The notes under the pieces were generated by a model. The model did no database searches. It was not told where the DNA came from and was given only the letters and a program-made list of their open reading frames with translations. Positions 39,198 through 49,260 of a stretch of 54,229 bases of DNA are shown here, piece by piece. This DNA is from a virus (Duplodnaviria; Caudoviricetes): positions 1 to 54,229 of the IMG/VR virus record IMGVR_UViG_3300037485_001431, one strand, 5' to 3'. Numbering within the stretch: the first letter of the stretch is position 1; each line of letters starts with the position of its first letter. Position numbers and translations under genes: made by a program.

Positions 39198-39956
39198 ATG
39201 ATATACACACCTGAACTTATTAAATCAATTGCTCCGGCAATATTCGCAACCGCACCTTCTGTGAAAATGACAAACAAGTATGAGTTTGTCCCTACCAATG
39301 AGGTAATGGAACTTTTTGAAAGAGAAGGTTGGGAATTGTCATCTGTTAAACAAACTGGTAAAGGAGCCCACAACGTACACGAGTTGAAATACCGTAACAG
39401 TCAATTACCAAAAGTTGGTGATACTGTGGTTGAGGCGGTGATCCGTAACTCTCACGATGGAACCGCAGCATTCTCAATGGGGGCAGGATTGTTCAGATTG
39501 GTATGCTCAAACGGACTTACGGTTCCAACAGCCGTGGCGGAGAAATTCACAATCAGACACAACCACTTCTCTTATGATGACGTGAAAGAGTTGGCAGATT
39601 CATTCTCAAAGAAACTACCAAAAATTGAAGCATCAGTTAACCGAATGATGGAACGTCAGTTGACAGAAAAAGAGAAACTTCGTTTGGTGAGTGATGCGGT
39701 TAAGATCAGATGGGCCGTGGGAAGTGCTCCTGTATCATTAGACATGAGTGACATCCTTACACCATTCAGACCTGAGGACGAGGGAAGTGATTTGTGGACA
39801 ACCTTCAATGTAATCCAAGAGAAAATGATGAAAGGTGGATTCTCTTACAAGACTCAAAGAGGTAGAACAACAAAGTTACGAGGGATTCAAAGTATCCAAA
39901 CCTCAAACCGATTAAACACAAAACTTTGGGAAGCGGCGGAGTTATTGTTAGTATAA
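39198..39956 (+). CDS. DUF932/DUF945-family protein
   Basis: NSHDG, FRLVCSNG, LWTTFNVIQE, LN.KLW. Confidence 0.8.
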   Translation: MIYTPELIKSIAPAIFATAPSVKMTNKYEFVPTNEVMELFEREGWELSSVKQTGKGAHNVHELKYRNSQLPKVGDTVVEAVIRNSHDGTAAFSMGAGLFRLVCSNGLTVPTAVAEKFTIRHNHFSYDDVKELADSFSKKLPKIEASVNRMMERQLTEKEKLRLVSDAVKIRWAVGSAPVSLDMSDILTPFRPEDEGSDLWTTFNVIQEKMMKGGFSYKTQRGRTTKLRGIQSIQTSNRLNTKLWEAAELLLV

Positions 39957-39964
39957 AAAAATAC

Positions 39965-39986
39965 GGGGGTCAATGACCCCCTTTTT
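39965..39986 (+). terminator. Rho-independent terminator
   Basis: GGGGGTC-AAT-GACCCCC plus TTTTT. Confidence 0.8.
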
Positions 39987-39991
39987 ACATC

Positions 39992-40336
39992 ATGGAAAAA
40001 TTTAAACACGAAAAAAAGTTTTTAGAAAACTTAACAGATAAGACTAATGAGTTATTCTCAATAAATGAGTTATACGATGGACACGGATTAACACCTCAGG
40101 AGTTATTTAATAGACCAAAATTTATGGAACATTTTTTGGATGGTGTTGAATATTCTAGTAGTATTATGTATATGGATGCTATTTTTGTTTATAATGACGA
40201 CATTTACATATATTTATCTAAAAACGACCCAATAATCTCTTCTTTTTCTTGTAAGATTTATTATCCTATAAGAAAGAAAAAAGAAGTTGAGTTCTTTATG
40301 TTAAACTTAAAAAAATTAAAGAAAAATGGAAATTAG
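39992..40336 (+). CDS. Hypothetical protein
   Basis: Overlaps the thioredoxin start. Confidence 0.65.
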   Translation: MEKFKHEKKFLENLTDKTNELFSINELYDGHGLTPQELFNRPKFMEHFLDGVEYSSSIMYMDAIFVYNDDIYIYLSKNDPIISSFSCKIYYPIRKKKEVEFFMLNLKKLKKNGN

Positions 40337-40643
40337 TACTGTAGATTTACAACAAAAAATAAACAACGGTGATAAAGTAATCGTTGAGTTCTGGGCTGAA
40401 TGGTGTGGACCATGTAAGATGATGAAACCTGTGTTTGAAAGAGTTTCAAATAGTAATGAAAATGGAGATGTTCAAATGTATACAATGAATATAGATTTAA
40501 ACAAAGAAGTTGGCGCATCATTGGGAATTAGAAGTATCCCAACAATTAAAGTGTTTAACAATGGATCGGTTATTGATACCAAAGTTGGGATGTTAAGTGA
40601 GACATCCATAAAAGGTATGGTAACAGAACTAATCAATGGATAA
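40326..40643 (+). CDS. trxA: Thioredoxin
   Basis: FWAEWCGPCK, IRSIPT. Confidence 0.95.
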   Translation: MEISTVDLQQKINNGDKVIVEFWAEWCGPCKMMKPVFERVSNSNENGDVQMYTMNIDLNKEVGASLGIRSIPTIKVFNNGSVIDTKVGMLSETSIKGMVTELING

Positions 40644-40923
40644 GATAGCAGTTGTTTTTACAATGAAGACGTGTCCTCATTGCCAAGTATTAAAAGAGAT
40701 GTTAGAATCGGCTGAGATTGATTATATTGACCGAGACATCTATGAGTATGAGGAGGAGTACGATCTGTTCGTAGAAGCAACAGGAAACGATTTTGTTCCG
40801 GCATTTATGTTGATTGAGAATCCTGAGAGTGAAACACCAACCACAGGTTTATATGCTCCCGATAGGGACTTTGAGGATGTGGATCATGGATTAAAAATAA
40901 TCAAAGAATTTTTTGAAAGATAA
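40636..40923 (+). CDS. Glutaredoxin-like protein
   Basis: FTMKTCPHC, FVP. Confidence 0.85.
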   Translation: MDKIAVVFTMKTCPHCQVLKEMLESAEIDYIDRDIYEYEEEYDLFVEATGNDFVPAFMLIENPESETPTTGLYAPDRDFEDVDHGLKIIKEFFER

Positions 40924-40926
40924 AAT

Positions 40927-40954
40927 AAACCCACTTCAAAAGAGTGGGTTTTTT
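40927..40954 (+). terminator. Rho-independent terminator
   Basis: AAACCCACT-TCAAAAG-AGTGGGTTT plus T-run. Confidence 0.8.
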
Positions 40955-40976
40955 ATTTTATGATATATTTATTGTT

Positions 40977-41777
40977 ATGAAAAAAATTGTAAAACTAACA
41001 GAATCGGATTTAGTAAGAATCGTACAAAGAGTAGTCCAAGAAGGAAAAACTGATAAGGGTGTTAAAGAAAAGGACTCTGATGTAAAGATTGAAAGGTTCC
41101 AAGACACTATCAAGAACTTTATTAAATCACACGATTGTAAAGTAAAACAAGTTGGGGATGACTTTGAAATACATTCTGATGGTGAACATGTTGGTCAAGT
41201 TATGTTTAGAAAAGATGGTATTACCGTAAAAAAACAAGGTAGTAAATTTGGTAAAGAGTTTGACTTCAATGAACTTGGTAAAGTGAAAAGTGAGATCAAA
41301 AAACTAACAGAATCAAATTTAACTCGTATCGTTAAACGAGTGATCAAAGAAAATGAAGGTAAATCCGGTTCGGACATTACTAATTACTTTGACGAAAACT
41401 TCACACCAGATGGTGGATGGGATAACGACAAATACATGGATGATTGGAATAATGGTGGACTTACCGCTTATTATGTAAATGGTGAATTGGTATTTGCTTA
41501 TGACTTTGAATTTATTGAAGATGATTTTGAGGAATTTGATGACAGTGAAGAATATGACAACGAACCACCAAAATTTGCCAGATTACTTATTGGTACAAAT
41601 GTAGTTGAAAAACTTGATGAAGTGTTTGGTGATGATGATTGGACAGGATCATTTGCAGAGTGGTTTACCGATAAAACTAATTTAAATATTGATGAGGTTG
41701 AGTACGATGACTTTAAAGGAATGCTTTCGGATTATGTAGATCCTTCTTGGGCTGACGATGAAGATAGGGGTTATTAA
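40977..41777 (+). CDS. Acidic protein with two KLTESxLxRIVxRV motifs
   Basis: Start MKKIVKLTESDL lies 4 nt after TATTTAT; the motif is repeated internally. Confidence 0.75.
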   Translation: MKKIVKLTESDLVRIVQRVVQEGKTDKGVKEKDSDVKIERFQDTIKNFIKSHDCKVKQVGDDFEIHSDGEHVGQVMFRKDGITVKKQGSKFGKEFDFNELGKVKSEIKKLTESNLTRIVKRVIKENEGKSGSDITNYFDENFTPDGGWDNDKYMDDWNNGGLTAYYVNGELVFAYDFEFIEDDFEEFDDSEEYDNEPPKFARLLIGTNVVEKLDEVFGDDDWTGSFAEWFTDKTNLNIDEVEYDDFKGMLSDYVDPSWADDEDRGY

Positions 41778-41784
41778 AAATTAA

Positions 41785-41814
41785 AAACCCCTCGATTAAA
41801 AGGGGTTTCTTTTT
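41785..41814. terminator. Bidirectional terminator
   Basis: AAACCCCT...AGGGGTTT between convergent genes. Confidence 0.7.
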
Positions 41815-42508
41815 ATATAATAATTACGTCCTTTAGACGATCCTGAACCATGTAAGGTTTATCTTTTGTTTGATCAAACACATCTTGGTAAAAGTCATAT
41901 TCATCAAACCCATTAACGAAAGATACCAAATCCATATCAAACACATCTAAAATTAAACTCTCAATCTTATTGTTATTAATATGTGAATTACAAGATACTC
42001 TTATTTTAGGGTCTTCATCTTCGTTTTGTTCTGTTGTGTAGTAAAAATAAGCCTGATCCACATTAAGTAGTGAATACATGTGGTTAAATATGTAGTTTGA
42101 GTAATAAACGATTGATCTACCACAATTTAAACTATAACCATATGGAAACTCAGAATTACAATTCAACTCATATATTGGTTCCTCATCAATTACATAAAGA
42201 TCCCTATGAACTGAAACCCACTTTTTATCAAAATCTTTAATGTCTTGATCGTATTTAATAATATCAATGACGTTTAGATTTTTTCTGTTAACCTCCGTTA
42301 ATACATCATCAAACCAATTTGAGAACTCATATTTAATCTCATTTAAATCTAAAACATCTTTACTTGTGGTTATACCATTAACTACAATAAATGTTTCACA
42401 ATCTGTTACTTGGATTATTGTATTGTCATTCTTCTTGAATTTGGAAAGGACGTAGTCGGCGAAAAGGTTTACGAAATATCTTCGTGTGTTTTTTTCTAAT
42501 TTTCTCAT
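41813..42508 (-). CDS. Hypothetical protein, possibly degenerate SAM-synthetase (MetK)-like fold
   Basis: N..ADYVL...IVVNGITTS..LDL..I and PYGYS loosely echo MetK N-terminal motifs; catalytic GHPDK absent. Confidence 0.45.
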   Translation of the reverse strand: MRKLEKNTRRYFVNLFADYVLSKFKKNDNTIIQVTDCETFIVVNGITTSKDVLDLNEIKYEFSNWFDDVLTEVNRKNLNVIDIIKYDQDIKDFDKKWVSVHRDLYVIDEEPIYELNCNSEFPYGYSLNCGRSIVYYSNYIFNHMYSLLNVDQAYFYYTTEQNEDEDPKIRVSCNSHINNNKIESLILDVFDMDLVSFVNGFDEYDFYQDVFDQTKDKPYMVQDRLKDVIII

Positions 42509-42556
42509 ACTCTATTTTTTATAATGAATATGGTTTTTATTTAGAATTATAAATAG

Positions 42557-43675
42557 TTAGATGTAATCTGTAACAATTTCGTTAAAATATTTTTGAGTTA
42601 AACTCCAGTCGGGGTAGTCAGGAATTCTAAAACTAATACAATCTACCTCATCATTATATGTTAAATCTTTCATAAGATCAGTATAAGACCCGAAGTACTC
42701 CAAAACCGAATCACTATATCCGTCACCTTTTCTACTCTCTAAAAATTTCTTTATATAATTGGGGAAGTTTCTTATTTTAATATATTCAAAATTTCTTGTT
42801 TTTTTTGTCCCATCATATGCAGTAACTTCTCTTGAGACATAATCAATTTTACCCTCAAAAAACTCATCAAGACCATTCATTACCAAATTATAAACTTCGG
42901 ATTCATAAGCGCTACTTTCGGCATTTGAATATGCGTTTGCGATGTCACCACCCAACTCCGATAATTCATCCTTAAATAATTCTTTCATTGCATCACTATT
43001 TTTAACTAAATCGGTTAAATCTTCGGATGTAATCATAAATGAATCTGGTGTTCCTTGTTCTTCTGATAAAAACTCAAAAAAGTCACTATTATAATCACCC
43101 AAGTCCATAGGTTTATTACCAATTTCTTTATAAATGTGATTTTTTAAACTATTAATGTTGGATTCGTCTAATTCATCAATAACCTCAGATGGTTTAATAG
43201 AGTTATTGTAATACCATTCAAAAGAGTCATCATTAAGTACTTTTTTGGCAATATCTTCGGGCGATGAATCTCTTGAATTATGACAGAAAAAATTTGCCAA
43301 TTCTTCTCTGTCCTTTAAATATAAATAAAAACCATCGTCTCTAATCTCAACATCGGTTATAAGATCGTCAGTTATGTATTTAATTGTGTCTTGATAGTTA
43401 TATTCTAAACCATGTAATAGGTAATAATTTTTAAATTCATTAGGAACCGTATCATAGTTTAAATTTCTTAAAATATTATTTTCTGATAAATACTCATAAA
43501 TTTCTTCATCAAATTCCCTTGAGGGTATATTACCTAAATCAATCTCATCTAATACATCGTATTTTTTAAGGAATTTAAAAAAATTCAATAAGGTGTTAAA
43601 ATATGGTTCAATATCATCATCATATTCTCCGTTATTAAATAATTGGACTAAATTTTCGGCTCTTTGTAAACTCAT
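42557..43675 (-). CDS. Acidic hypothetical protein
   Basis: Likely start MSLQRAE at 43675, 5 nt from TATTTAT. Confidence 0.75.
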   Translation of the reverse strand: MSLQRAENLVQLFNNGEYDDDIEPYFNTLLNFFKFLKKYDVLDEIDLGNIPSREFDEEIYEYLSENNILRNLNYDTVPNEFKNYYLLHGLEYNYQDTIKYITDDLITDVEIRDDGFYLYLKDREELANFFCHNSRDSSPEDIAKKVLNDDSFEWYYNNSIKPSEVIDELDESNINSLKNHIYKEIGNKPMDLGDYNSDFFEFLSEEQGTPDSFMITSEDLTDLVKNSDAMKELFKDELSELGGDIANAYSNAESSAYESEVYNLVMNGLDEFFEGKIDYVSREVTAYDGTKKTRNFEYIKIRNFPNYIKKFLESRKGDGYSDSVLEYFGSYTDLMKDLTYNDEVDCISFRIPDYPDWSLTQKYFNEIVTDYI

Positions 43676-43695
43676 ATCGTATAAATATCTAATAA

Positions 43696-43725
43696 ACAAA
43701 AAAGGTGTCCCACATAGAACACCTT
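43696..43725 (-). terminator. Terminator for the small minus-strand gene
   Basis: AAGGTGT...ACACCTT with an A-run on its left side. Confidence 0.6.
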
Positions 43726-43749
43726 CAAAGTTTCTTTAACACAACAATA

Positions 43750-43896
43750 TTATTTTCTATAATATTTTTGAACGATCTTTTTCACTGACTCTTGCACATT
43801 TGATCCATTTGCTGGTTGTTGAGGTTGTGCTTGAGTTTGTGGTTGTTGAGGTTGTTCAGCTTGTTGGTTTTGTTTGTTTTTACATCCGCATCCCAT
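43750..43896 (-). CDS. Unlisted 48-aa MGCGCK peptide
   Basis: MGCGCKNKQNQQAEQPQQPQTQAQPQQPANGSNVQESVKKIVQKYYRK; own TATTTAT and terminator. Confidence 0.7.
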   Translation of the reverse strand: MGCGCKNKQNQQAEQPQQPQTQAQPQQPANGSNVQESVKKIVQKYYRK

Positions 43897-44000
43897 AATT
43901 CTTTTATTTACTTGGTTTATTTGTCTATAAATATCTTGTAAATAAGATTACTTCAAGATTTTAAAATGTCAATTATTAATTATTACGATATTTATAACAT

Positions 44001-45224
44001 ATGTCAATTAAAAGGTTCTTTAGAAATTATTTATTGGAGCAAGATGAGAATGTTGTTCAAGTCAGTCCTGAACAATATATTGAGACATTGGAAAATGTTG
44101 GAGGTATTGCCGATAGAATAGCAAAACTAAAACCATATAGAGGTAAAAGTATTGTTATTACTGGAAAATTAAACGTTAGTAACCATAAAAATATTGGACC
44201 ACTTACCGGTATCGTAAGAGTAATGGGTAATCTAGATATTTCACATACAAATGTACCAAATATAAATGGAATTACCGTTGACGGTTATGTCTCTGATTAT
44301 GGATCTTCTATGTGGAAAATAAAAATGCAAGCAAAACTTAACGAAAAACTTGCTGATTTGGACGAAAAAAGACAAGAAGGTGAATGGAATGTTGAAAATA
44401 AAGATGATGAATCTGAAAGAACTGAAGCTCTATACAAATACTTGAAACAAAATGGTGATGTAGATATGCTTGAGGATAAGGAAGGAAATGAAGTTCCTGA
44501 AGACAAATATTACATTTATCCTAATGGAAGAGCAACCTATGGTTATGGAAAACAATACGAATGGTTAGGTGGTGGTAATGGATTTAATCCTAACACCTAT
44601 GATGTTTATACTGAAGATGAAGCCGATAACGCCGCAAAACAAGCGGTTGAAAGTACGTTAGATGACATGGGAATTGATGCATTTAGGGACTGGGTTTTTG
44701 ATGATGCTTTGAATCAAAATAGTTGGAGAGCTTGGTTACATGAATTCTACGATGAATACGTAAGAGATAATCCTGGTGACTTTGACATTCCTTTAGAATT
44801 GTCGTCAAGACAATCATGGGAAAGAGTTAGACTTCAATCACTCGTGGATTCTTTAAATGACAAACTTGAAAGGAATAGAATAGAAAAAAAATCACAAGAG
44901 GAATACGACCAAATAAAAGAAAAAATTGAAAGTTTGGAAGAAACCATCCAAGATATTATAGACGATCCTCAAGGTGGTTATGATGAAAGTGCAATTGAAA
45001 ATGAAATAAATCTTAGTGTTGGTGAATGGGAAGATGACATTAGAGGGTTTATCAAAATTTACGGTTACGATAAAGATTTTATTATGGATTTTATTGACGT
45101 AGATAAAATTGCGGAAACAGTTATTAGTTCTGACGGTTTTGGGTCTATATTAAACTCATACGATGGAGACTATGATACTTTTAACATAAATGGAACCGAG
45201 TATCATGTAATGAGGGTATCTTAG
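44001..45224 (+). CDS. Acidic hypothetical protein with short LRR-like segment
   Basis: TATTTAT 5 nt upstream; YLLEQ leader; ITGKLNVS/VMGNLDIS repeats. Confidence 0.75.
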   Translation: MSIKRFFRNYLLEQDENVVQVSPEQYIETLENVGGIADRIAKLKPYRGKSIVITGKLNVSNHKNIGPLTGIVRVMGNLDISHTNVPNINGITVDGYVSDYGSSMWKIKMQAKLNEKLADLDEKRQEGEWNVENKDDESERTEALYKYLKQNGDVDMLEDKEGNEVPEDKYYIYPNGRATYGYGKQYEWLGGGNGFNPNTYDVYTEDEADNAAKQAVESTLDDMGIDAFRDWVFDDALNQNSWRAWLHEFYDEYVRDNPGDFDIPLELSSRQSWERVRLQSLVDSLNDKLERNRIEKKSQEEYDQIKEKIESLEETIQDIIDDPQGGYDESAIENEINLSVGEWEDDIRGFIKIYGYDKDFIMDFIDVDKIAETVISSDGFGSILNSYDGDYDTFNINGTEYHVMRVS

Positions 45225-45266
45225 TACTTTATTTCTTATTGTCTTAACATTATATTTATAATTATA

Positions 45267-46061
45267 ATGGCAAAAAGACGAAAAAAGTTTGAATTTTTAA
45301 TGAACACAGATTGGATGTTTGAGAGACCAATTGATCGTGAACACAAGGAATATAAATTATTATCCTATTTTCAAAAAATGGGAGAAAAATTAGATAACCT
45401 TGAGTTATATCCAGGTTTTATTGAGTTGTCATTACATTTAATGAACATACAAGGACTTATTAAAGACAAAAAAATTGTCTATACCGATAAAAAATTCACA
45501 GGAATTGATGATGAGTTATTGGTTAAAGATCTGAAGGCAAAACAATTACCTGACATGACGGACGATGAAATGAAAGAATTCATTGAAATCTTAACTTATT
45601 CGGCACCAAGAATGTTTGAATACTTCAACATCGCAAAGTCAGTTTGGACAATAGTGTTTGATTCTGTTGATATGAAAATTAAAAAGAATCAAAAAAATGT
45701 TTTATTCCCAAAAGGTTTCTTTTATTATGTTGATGAAAAAACAAAAAAATATTATGTGTGGCAATACATAATCAAAAAAGAAACAAAACAAAACCCGGAA
45801 AAAATGTCTAACATTACTTTAATCTATAATGATTTAATAAATGATTTGACCTTAACAAAAATTATATCTAACTTTTCTACGTTTGAGGCTTCGGATATAA
45901 AAGTGTCACCAGTGTTTCACATGACATCATCAAGTGAATTCCCAATAGACGAAACGCTATACCCAATGTTCAAACGACGAGTTGCCGCTCACATCTCCCA
46001 AACAAAAATTTCGGAGCAATATAAAGAGAACAAAGAAAACTTGAAAATAGAAAAAGATTAA
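45267..46061 (+). CDS. Hypothetical protein
   Basis: PID.EHK.Y.LL.Y motif; long ORF. Confidence 0.75.
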   Translation: MAKRRKKFEFLMNTDWMFERPIDREHKEYKLLSYFQKMGEKLDNLELYPGFIELSLHLMNIQGLIKDKKIVYTDKKFTGIDDELLVKDLKAKQLPDMTDDEMKEFIEILTYSAPRMFEYFNIAKSVWTIVFDSVDMKIKKNQKNVLFPKGFFYYVDEKTKKYYVWQYIIKKETKQNPEKMSNITLIYNDLINDLTLTKIISNFSTFEASDIKVSPVFHMTSSSEFPIDETLYPMFKRRVAAHISQTKISEQYKENKENLKIEKD

Positions 46062-46063
46062 AA

Positions 46064-46246
46064 ATGGGGTTTAATAAGAGATTTTTAAAAAAAGAAAACA
46101 TCCTCAATCATCTTGAAAACATAATGAATTACCTTGACGCCGACGCTGTTATGTGTACGGACGAATTTTCACGCAACGTATATCGTATGTTTAATCAAGG
46201 AAAAACAAAAGAACAAATAATCCAATATATAAATAAAAACAAATGA
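46064..46246 (+). CDS. Hypothetical small protein
   Basis: MGFNKRF start; ATGA overlap with glutamine synthetase. Confidence 0.65.
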   Translation: MGFNKRFLKKENILNHLENIMNYLDADAVMCTDEFSRNVYRMFNQGKTKEQIIQYINKNK

Positions 46247-47439
46247 AAATTCGTTTAGAATACGTTTGGCTTGATGGATATACACCTGAGCCAAATCTTA
46301 GAAGTAAAGTAAAAATTGTTGACGCAGAAACAATAGGTGCATCAATTGAAAGTTTCCCGATGTGGAATTTTGATGGGTCATCAACAAATCAGGCAGAGAC
46401 TGGTAATTCAGATCGTCTATTAAAACCGGTTAGAACATATATGTCTGATAAGATTCCTTTAGACACCGTGTATGTTTTATGTGAAGTCTTAAACCCTGAC
46501 GGGACACCACATGTGTCAAATAAAAGATCCCAAATTGGTGAAGGGTTTGAGGACTTATGGTTTGGATTTGAACAAGAATATTTCATTCGTGAGGAAATTA
46601 ATGGTAATGTGTTAGGGCACAAGAGACATAACCTATTTCAAGGTGAATACTACTGTGGGGTGGGTCATAATGTTGTTGGTCGTGAGTTTGTTGAAGAACA
46701 TACAGATATGTGTTTAAGACACGGAATCAATATTACCGGAACAAATGCGGAGGTTGCTTTAGGTCAGTGGGAATATCAAGTATTCTCTCAAGGTAAACTT
46801 AAAGGTGGTGATGACCTTTGGATGACCCGATACTTCCTATTTAAGACAGCGGAAAAATATGGATACCATATTGACATTCACCCTAAACCATTACAACATG
46901 GTGAGTGGAATGGATCAGGACTCCACACAAACTTCTCAACAGATATGATGAGAGATAATGGTAGTGAAGAATATTTCATGGCGTTATTTAACGCATTTGA
47001 ATCAAGACATGAGGACCACATTAAATCTTATGGATCAGAGAATCATTTAAGACTTACAGGGAACTTTGAAACACAATCAATAGATAAGTTTAGTTGGGGT
47101 GTGTCGGATCGTGGAGCGTCAATTCGTGTCCCTCAAGATACCGCAAAAGATTGGAAAGGTTATGTTGAAGACCGTAGACCAGGATCAAATGCTGACCCAT
47201 ATAAAATTATTAAAGAAATAGTAAAATCTTTAATTATGACAGAACAAATCTACGAAATGAAAGGTATGATGACTTCATTTGTTGATATGGATGGTCTTAG
47301 TGGTAAATATGGAACTATGTCAAATGATGAGTTATTAAAAGAATATCGTGAAGAAGAATTGGTTTCAGATCTTGAACCACAAGCTCAATCAGATTTAATC
47401 GCAGAACTTAGAAAATCAATGCAAAATGGAAAACAATAA
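46243..47439 (+). CDS. glnA: Glutamine synthetase type II
   Basis: EYVWLDG, WNFDGSST, FGFEQEY, YYCGVG, NAEV..GQWEYQ, WNGSGLHTNFST, RLTG..ET, DRGASIR, EDRRP. Confidence 0.95.
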   Translation: MKIRLEYVWLDGYTPEPNLRSKVKIVDAETIGASIESFPMWNFDGSSTNQAETGNSDRLLKPVRTYMSDKIPLDTVYVLCEVLNPDGTPHVSNKRSQIGEGFEDLWFGFEQEYFIREEINGNVLGHKRHNLFQGEYYCGVGHNVVGREFVEEHTDMCLRHGINITGTNAEVALGQWEYQVFSQGKLKGGDDLWMTRYFLFKTAEKYGYHIDIHPKPLQHGEWNGSGLHTNFSTDMMRDNGSEEYFMALFNAFESRHEDHIKSYGSENHLRLTGNFETQSIDKFSWGVSDRGASIRVPQDTAKDWKGYVEDRRPGSNADPYKIIKEIVKSLIMTEQIYEMKGMMTSFVDMDGLSGKYGTMSNDELLKEYREEELVSDLEPQAQSDLIAELRKSMQNGKQ

Positions 47440-47728
47440 TAATATGGGTAAAAATATAATACCAGTTCACAATATGCCTGGACATAGAAATCCACCACCA
47501 CCACCTGAAAGAGAGCAAGTAAATCACCCATCACATTATGGGGGTGAAGATAATCAATATGAAGCGATCAAGGTAATTGATGCTTGGGACTTGGGATTCT
47601 CTTTAGGTAATACGGTTAAGTACATTTCAAGAGCAGGGAAGAAAGATTCCGATAAAGAACTACAAGATTTAAAGAAAGCGATGTGGTATCTACAACATCA
47701 TATTGATAAATTGGAAAAAAATAACTAA
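47426..47728 (+). CDS. DUF3310-family protein
   Basis: VNHPSHY, F.LGN.VKYI.RAGKK, DL.KA.WYL. Confidence 0.8.
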   Translation: MENNNNMGKNIIPVHNMPGHRNPPPPPEREQVNHPSHYGGEDNQYEAIKVIDAWDLGFSLGNTVKYISRAGKKDSDKELQDLKKAMWYLQHHIDKLEKNN

Positions 47729-47729
47729 A

Positions 47730-47864
47730 ATGAATTGGGATCCCGATGACTGGCAAGGTAGGACCAGACAACAAGTAGAAAGAAATAATAGGGTATTTGG
47801 GATAATGGTAATCGTTGGGGTTGCGGCTGTCGGAATCGCATTATTACTAACAATCTTAATTTAA
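47730..47864 (+). CDS. Unlisted 44-aa single-TM peptide
   Basis: MNWDPDDWQGRTRQQVERNNRVFGIMVIVGVAAVGIALLLTILI. Confidence 0.6.
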   Translation: MNWDPDDWQGRTRQQVERNNRVFGIMVIVGVAAVGIALLLTILI

Positions 47865-47869
47865 GAAAA

Positions 47870-48076
47870 ATGAAACTAACAGAAGAACAAAAAAATCAGA
47901 TCCTTAACCAATATGAGGGGTTGAAAAATGACGAACAAACACTTGGTGAAGTACACGAAATAATTGTGGATTTTTGTCTCGACGAAGAGATTATTGACTT
48001 GTCGGATGATGAGGACGGAGACATGTATGAAGAGTTTTCAAATGAAGTGTGGGATTTTTTAGAGAGTATAAAATAA
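47870..48076 (+). CDS. Small acidic hypothetical protein
   Basis: In-operon ORF. Confidence 0.65.
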   Translation: MKLTEEQKNQILNQYEGLKNDEQTLGEVHEIIVDFCLDEEIIDLSDDEDGDMYEEFSNEVWDFLESIK

Positions 48077-48080
48077 GAAG

Positions 48081-48932
48081 ATGATAGAAACAGGAAAGAT
48101 AATAAACGGAGATTGCGTTGAGGTAATGAAAACATTACCCGAAGGATCTGTGGATTTAATTGTGACATCTCCACCATACGGTGTAGGTATTGCATATGAT
48201 GTGCACGAAGATGATGTTGAATTTAGTGAATACCTTGAGTTTGCCAAAAGTTGGTTAAGTGAGGCGTACAGGTTGTTAAAGGACGATGGAAGAATCGCAT
48301 TGAACATTCCCTACGAGATTAACAGACAAAAAAAGGGAGGGAGAATTTTCTTTGTTTCTGAGATGTGGCAAATCATGAAAGAGATTGGTTACGGGTTCTT
48401 TGGTATCGTAGATTTGGAAGAACAATCACCACACAGAAGTAAGACTACGGCTTGGGGTTCTTGGATGAGTCCATCAAGTCCGTATATTTATAATCCTAAG
48501 GAGTGTGTTATTTTGGCATACAAAAAACAACATATTAAGAAAGTTAAAGGTCAACCACAATGGATGGGAGAATTAACCGAAATTGAAAATGAAGATGGAA
48601 CAAAAAGAAATAAAATGGTCTATGACGAGAACGATAAGAAAGAATTTATGGAACTTGTGTTTGGTCAGTGGAATTACTTTGCAGATACTAAATCACTCAC
48701 CAAGGCGACCTTCTCAATGGACATCCCAACAAAGGCGATTAAGATATTGTCATACAAGAACGATGTGATTTTGGATCCCTTCGTTGGTAGTGGAACTAGT
48801 TTAGTTGCTGCAGAAATTTTGGATCGTAGATGGTTAGGGATTGAGTTATCACCAAATTATGCTGATGTTGCGAGAGGAAGGGTTCAACACTTTGTTGATG
48901 AGAAAAAACAGGTTAAGATTGAATATCAATAA
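48081..48932 (+). CDS. N4-C/N6-A DNA methyltransferase (beta class)
   Basis: TSPPY, TAWGSW, LDPFVGSGTS. Confidence 0.9.
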   Translation: MIETGKIINGDCVEVMKTLPEGSVDLIVTSPPYGVGIAYDVHEDDVEFSEYLEFAKSWLSEAYRLLKDDGRIALNIPYEINRQKKGGRIFFVSEMWQIMKEIGYGFFGIVDLEEQSPHRSKTTAWGSWMSPSSPYIYNPKECVILAYKKQHIKKVKGQPQWMGELTEIENEDGTKRNKMVYDENDKKEFMELVFGQWNYFADTKSLTKATFSMDIPTKAIKILSYKNDVILDPFVGSGTSLVAAEILDRRWLGIELSPNYADVARGRVQHFVDEKKQVKIEYQ

Positions 48933-49260
48933 CATCACCCTTCTCAATACCATACTTTTTACATTCACCTCCAGGTAATTCAAGTATCATATCTCCGTTA
49001 CCTGAGAAGTGTTCGCAGTCATCGGAATGACAAGGTTTACAATTATGATGGATTTTTTTGATCTCACCATTTTTAATATAGATGATATCAAGATTAGTAA
49101 CACAATCTTTCATCCAAAATGAGTGAGGTCCGTCCTTCATTATAAATAACATTCCGTCAAAGGTGTCATCAAACTTTTTACCCATCATACCTTTTTGAGT
49201 GTCTTTTTCGGTGATTACCACTTTGACATTATAAATGTTATTGTTTATTTTTAATTCCAT
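48913..49260 (-). CDS. DUF192-family protein
   Basis: GMM...GMLF, SFWMK, LDIIYI, ILELPGG. Confidence 0.8.
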   Translation of the reverse strand: MELKINNNIYNVKVVITEKDTQKGMMGKKFDDTFDGMLFIMKDGPHSFWMKDCVTNLDIIYIKNGEIKKIHHNCKPCHSDDCEHFSGNGDMILELPGGECKKYGIEKGDVIDIQS

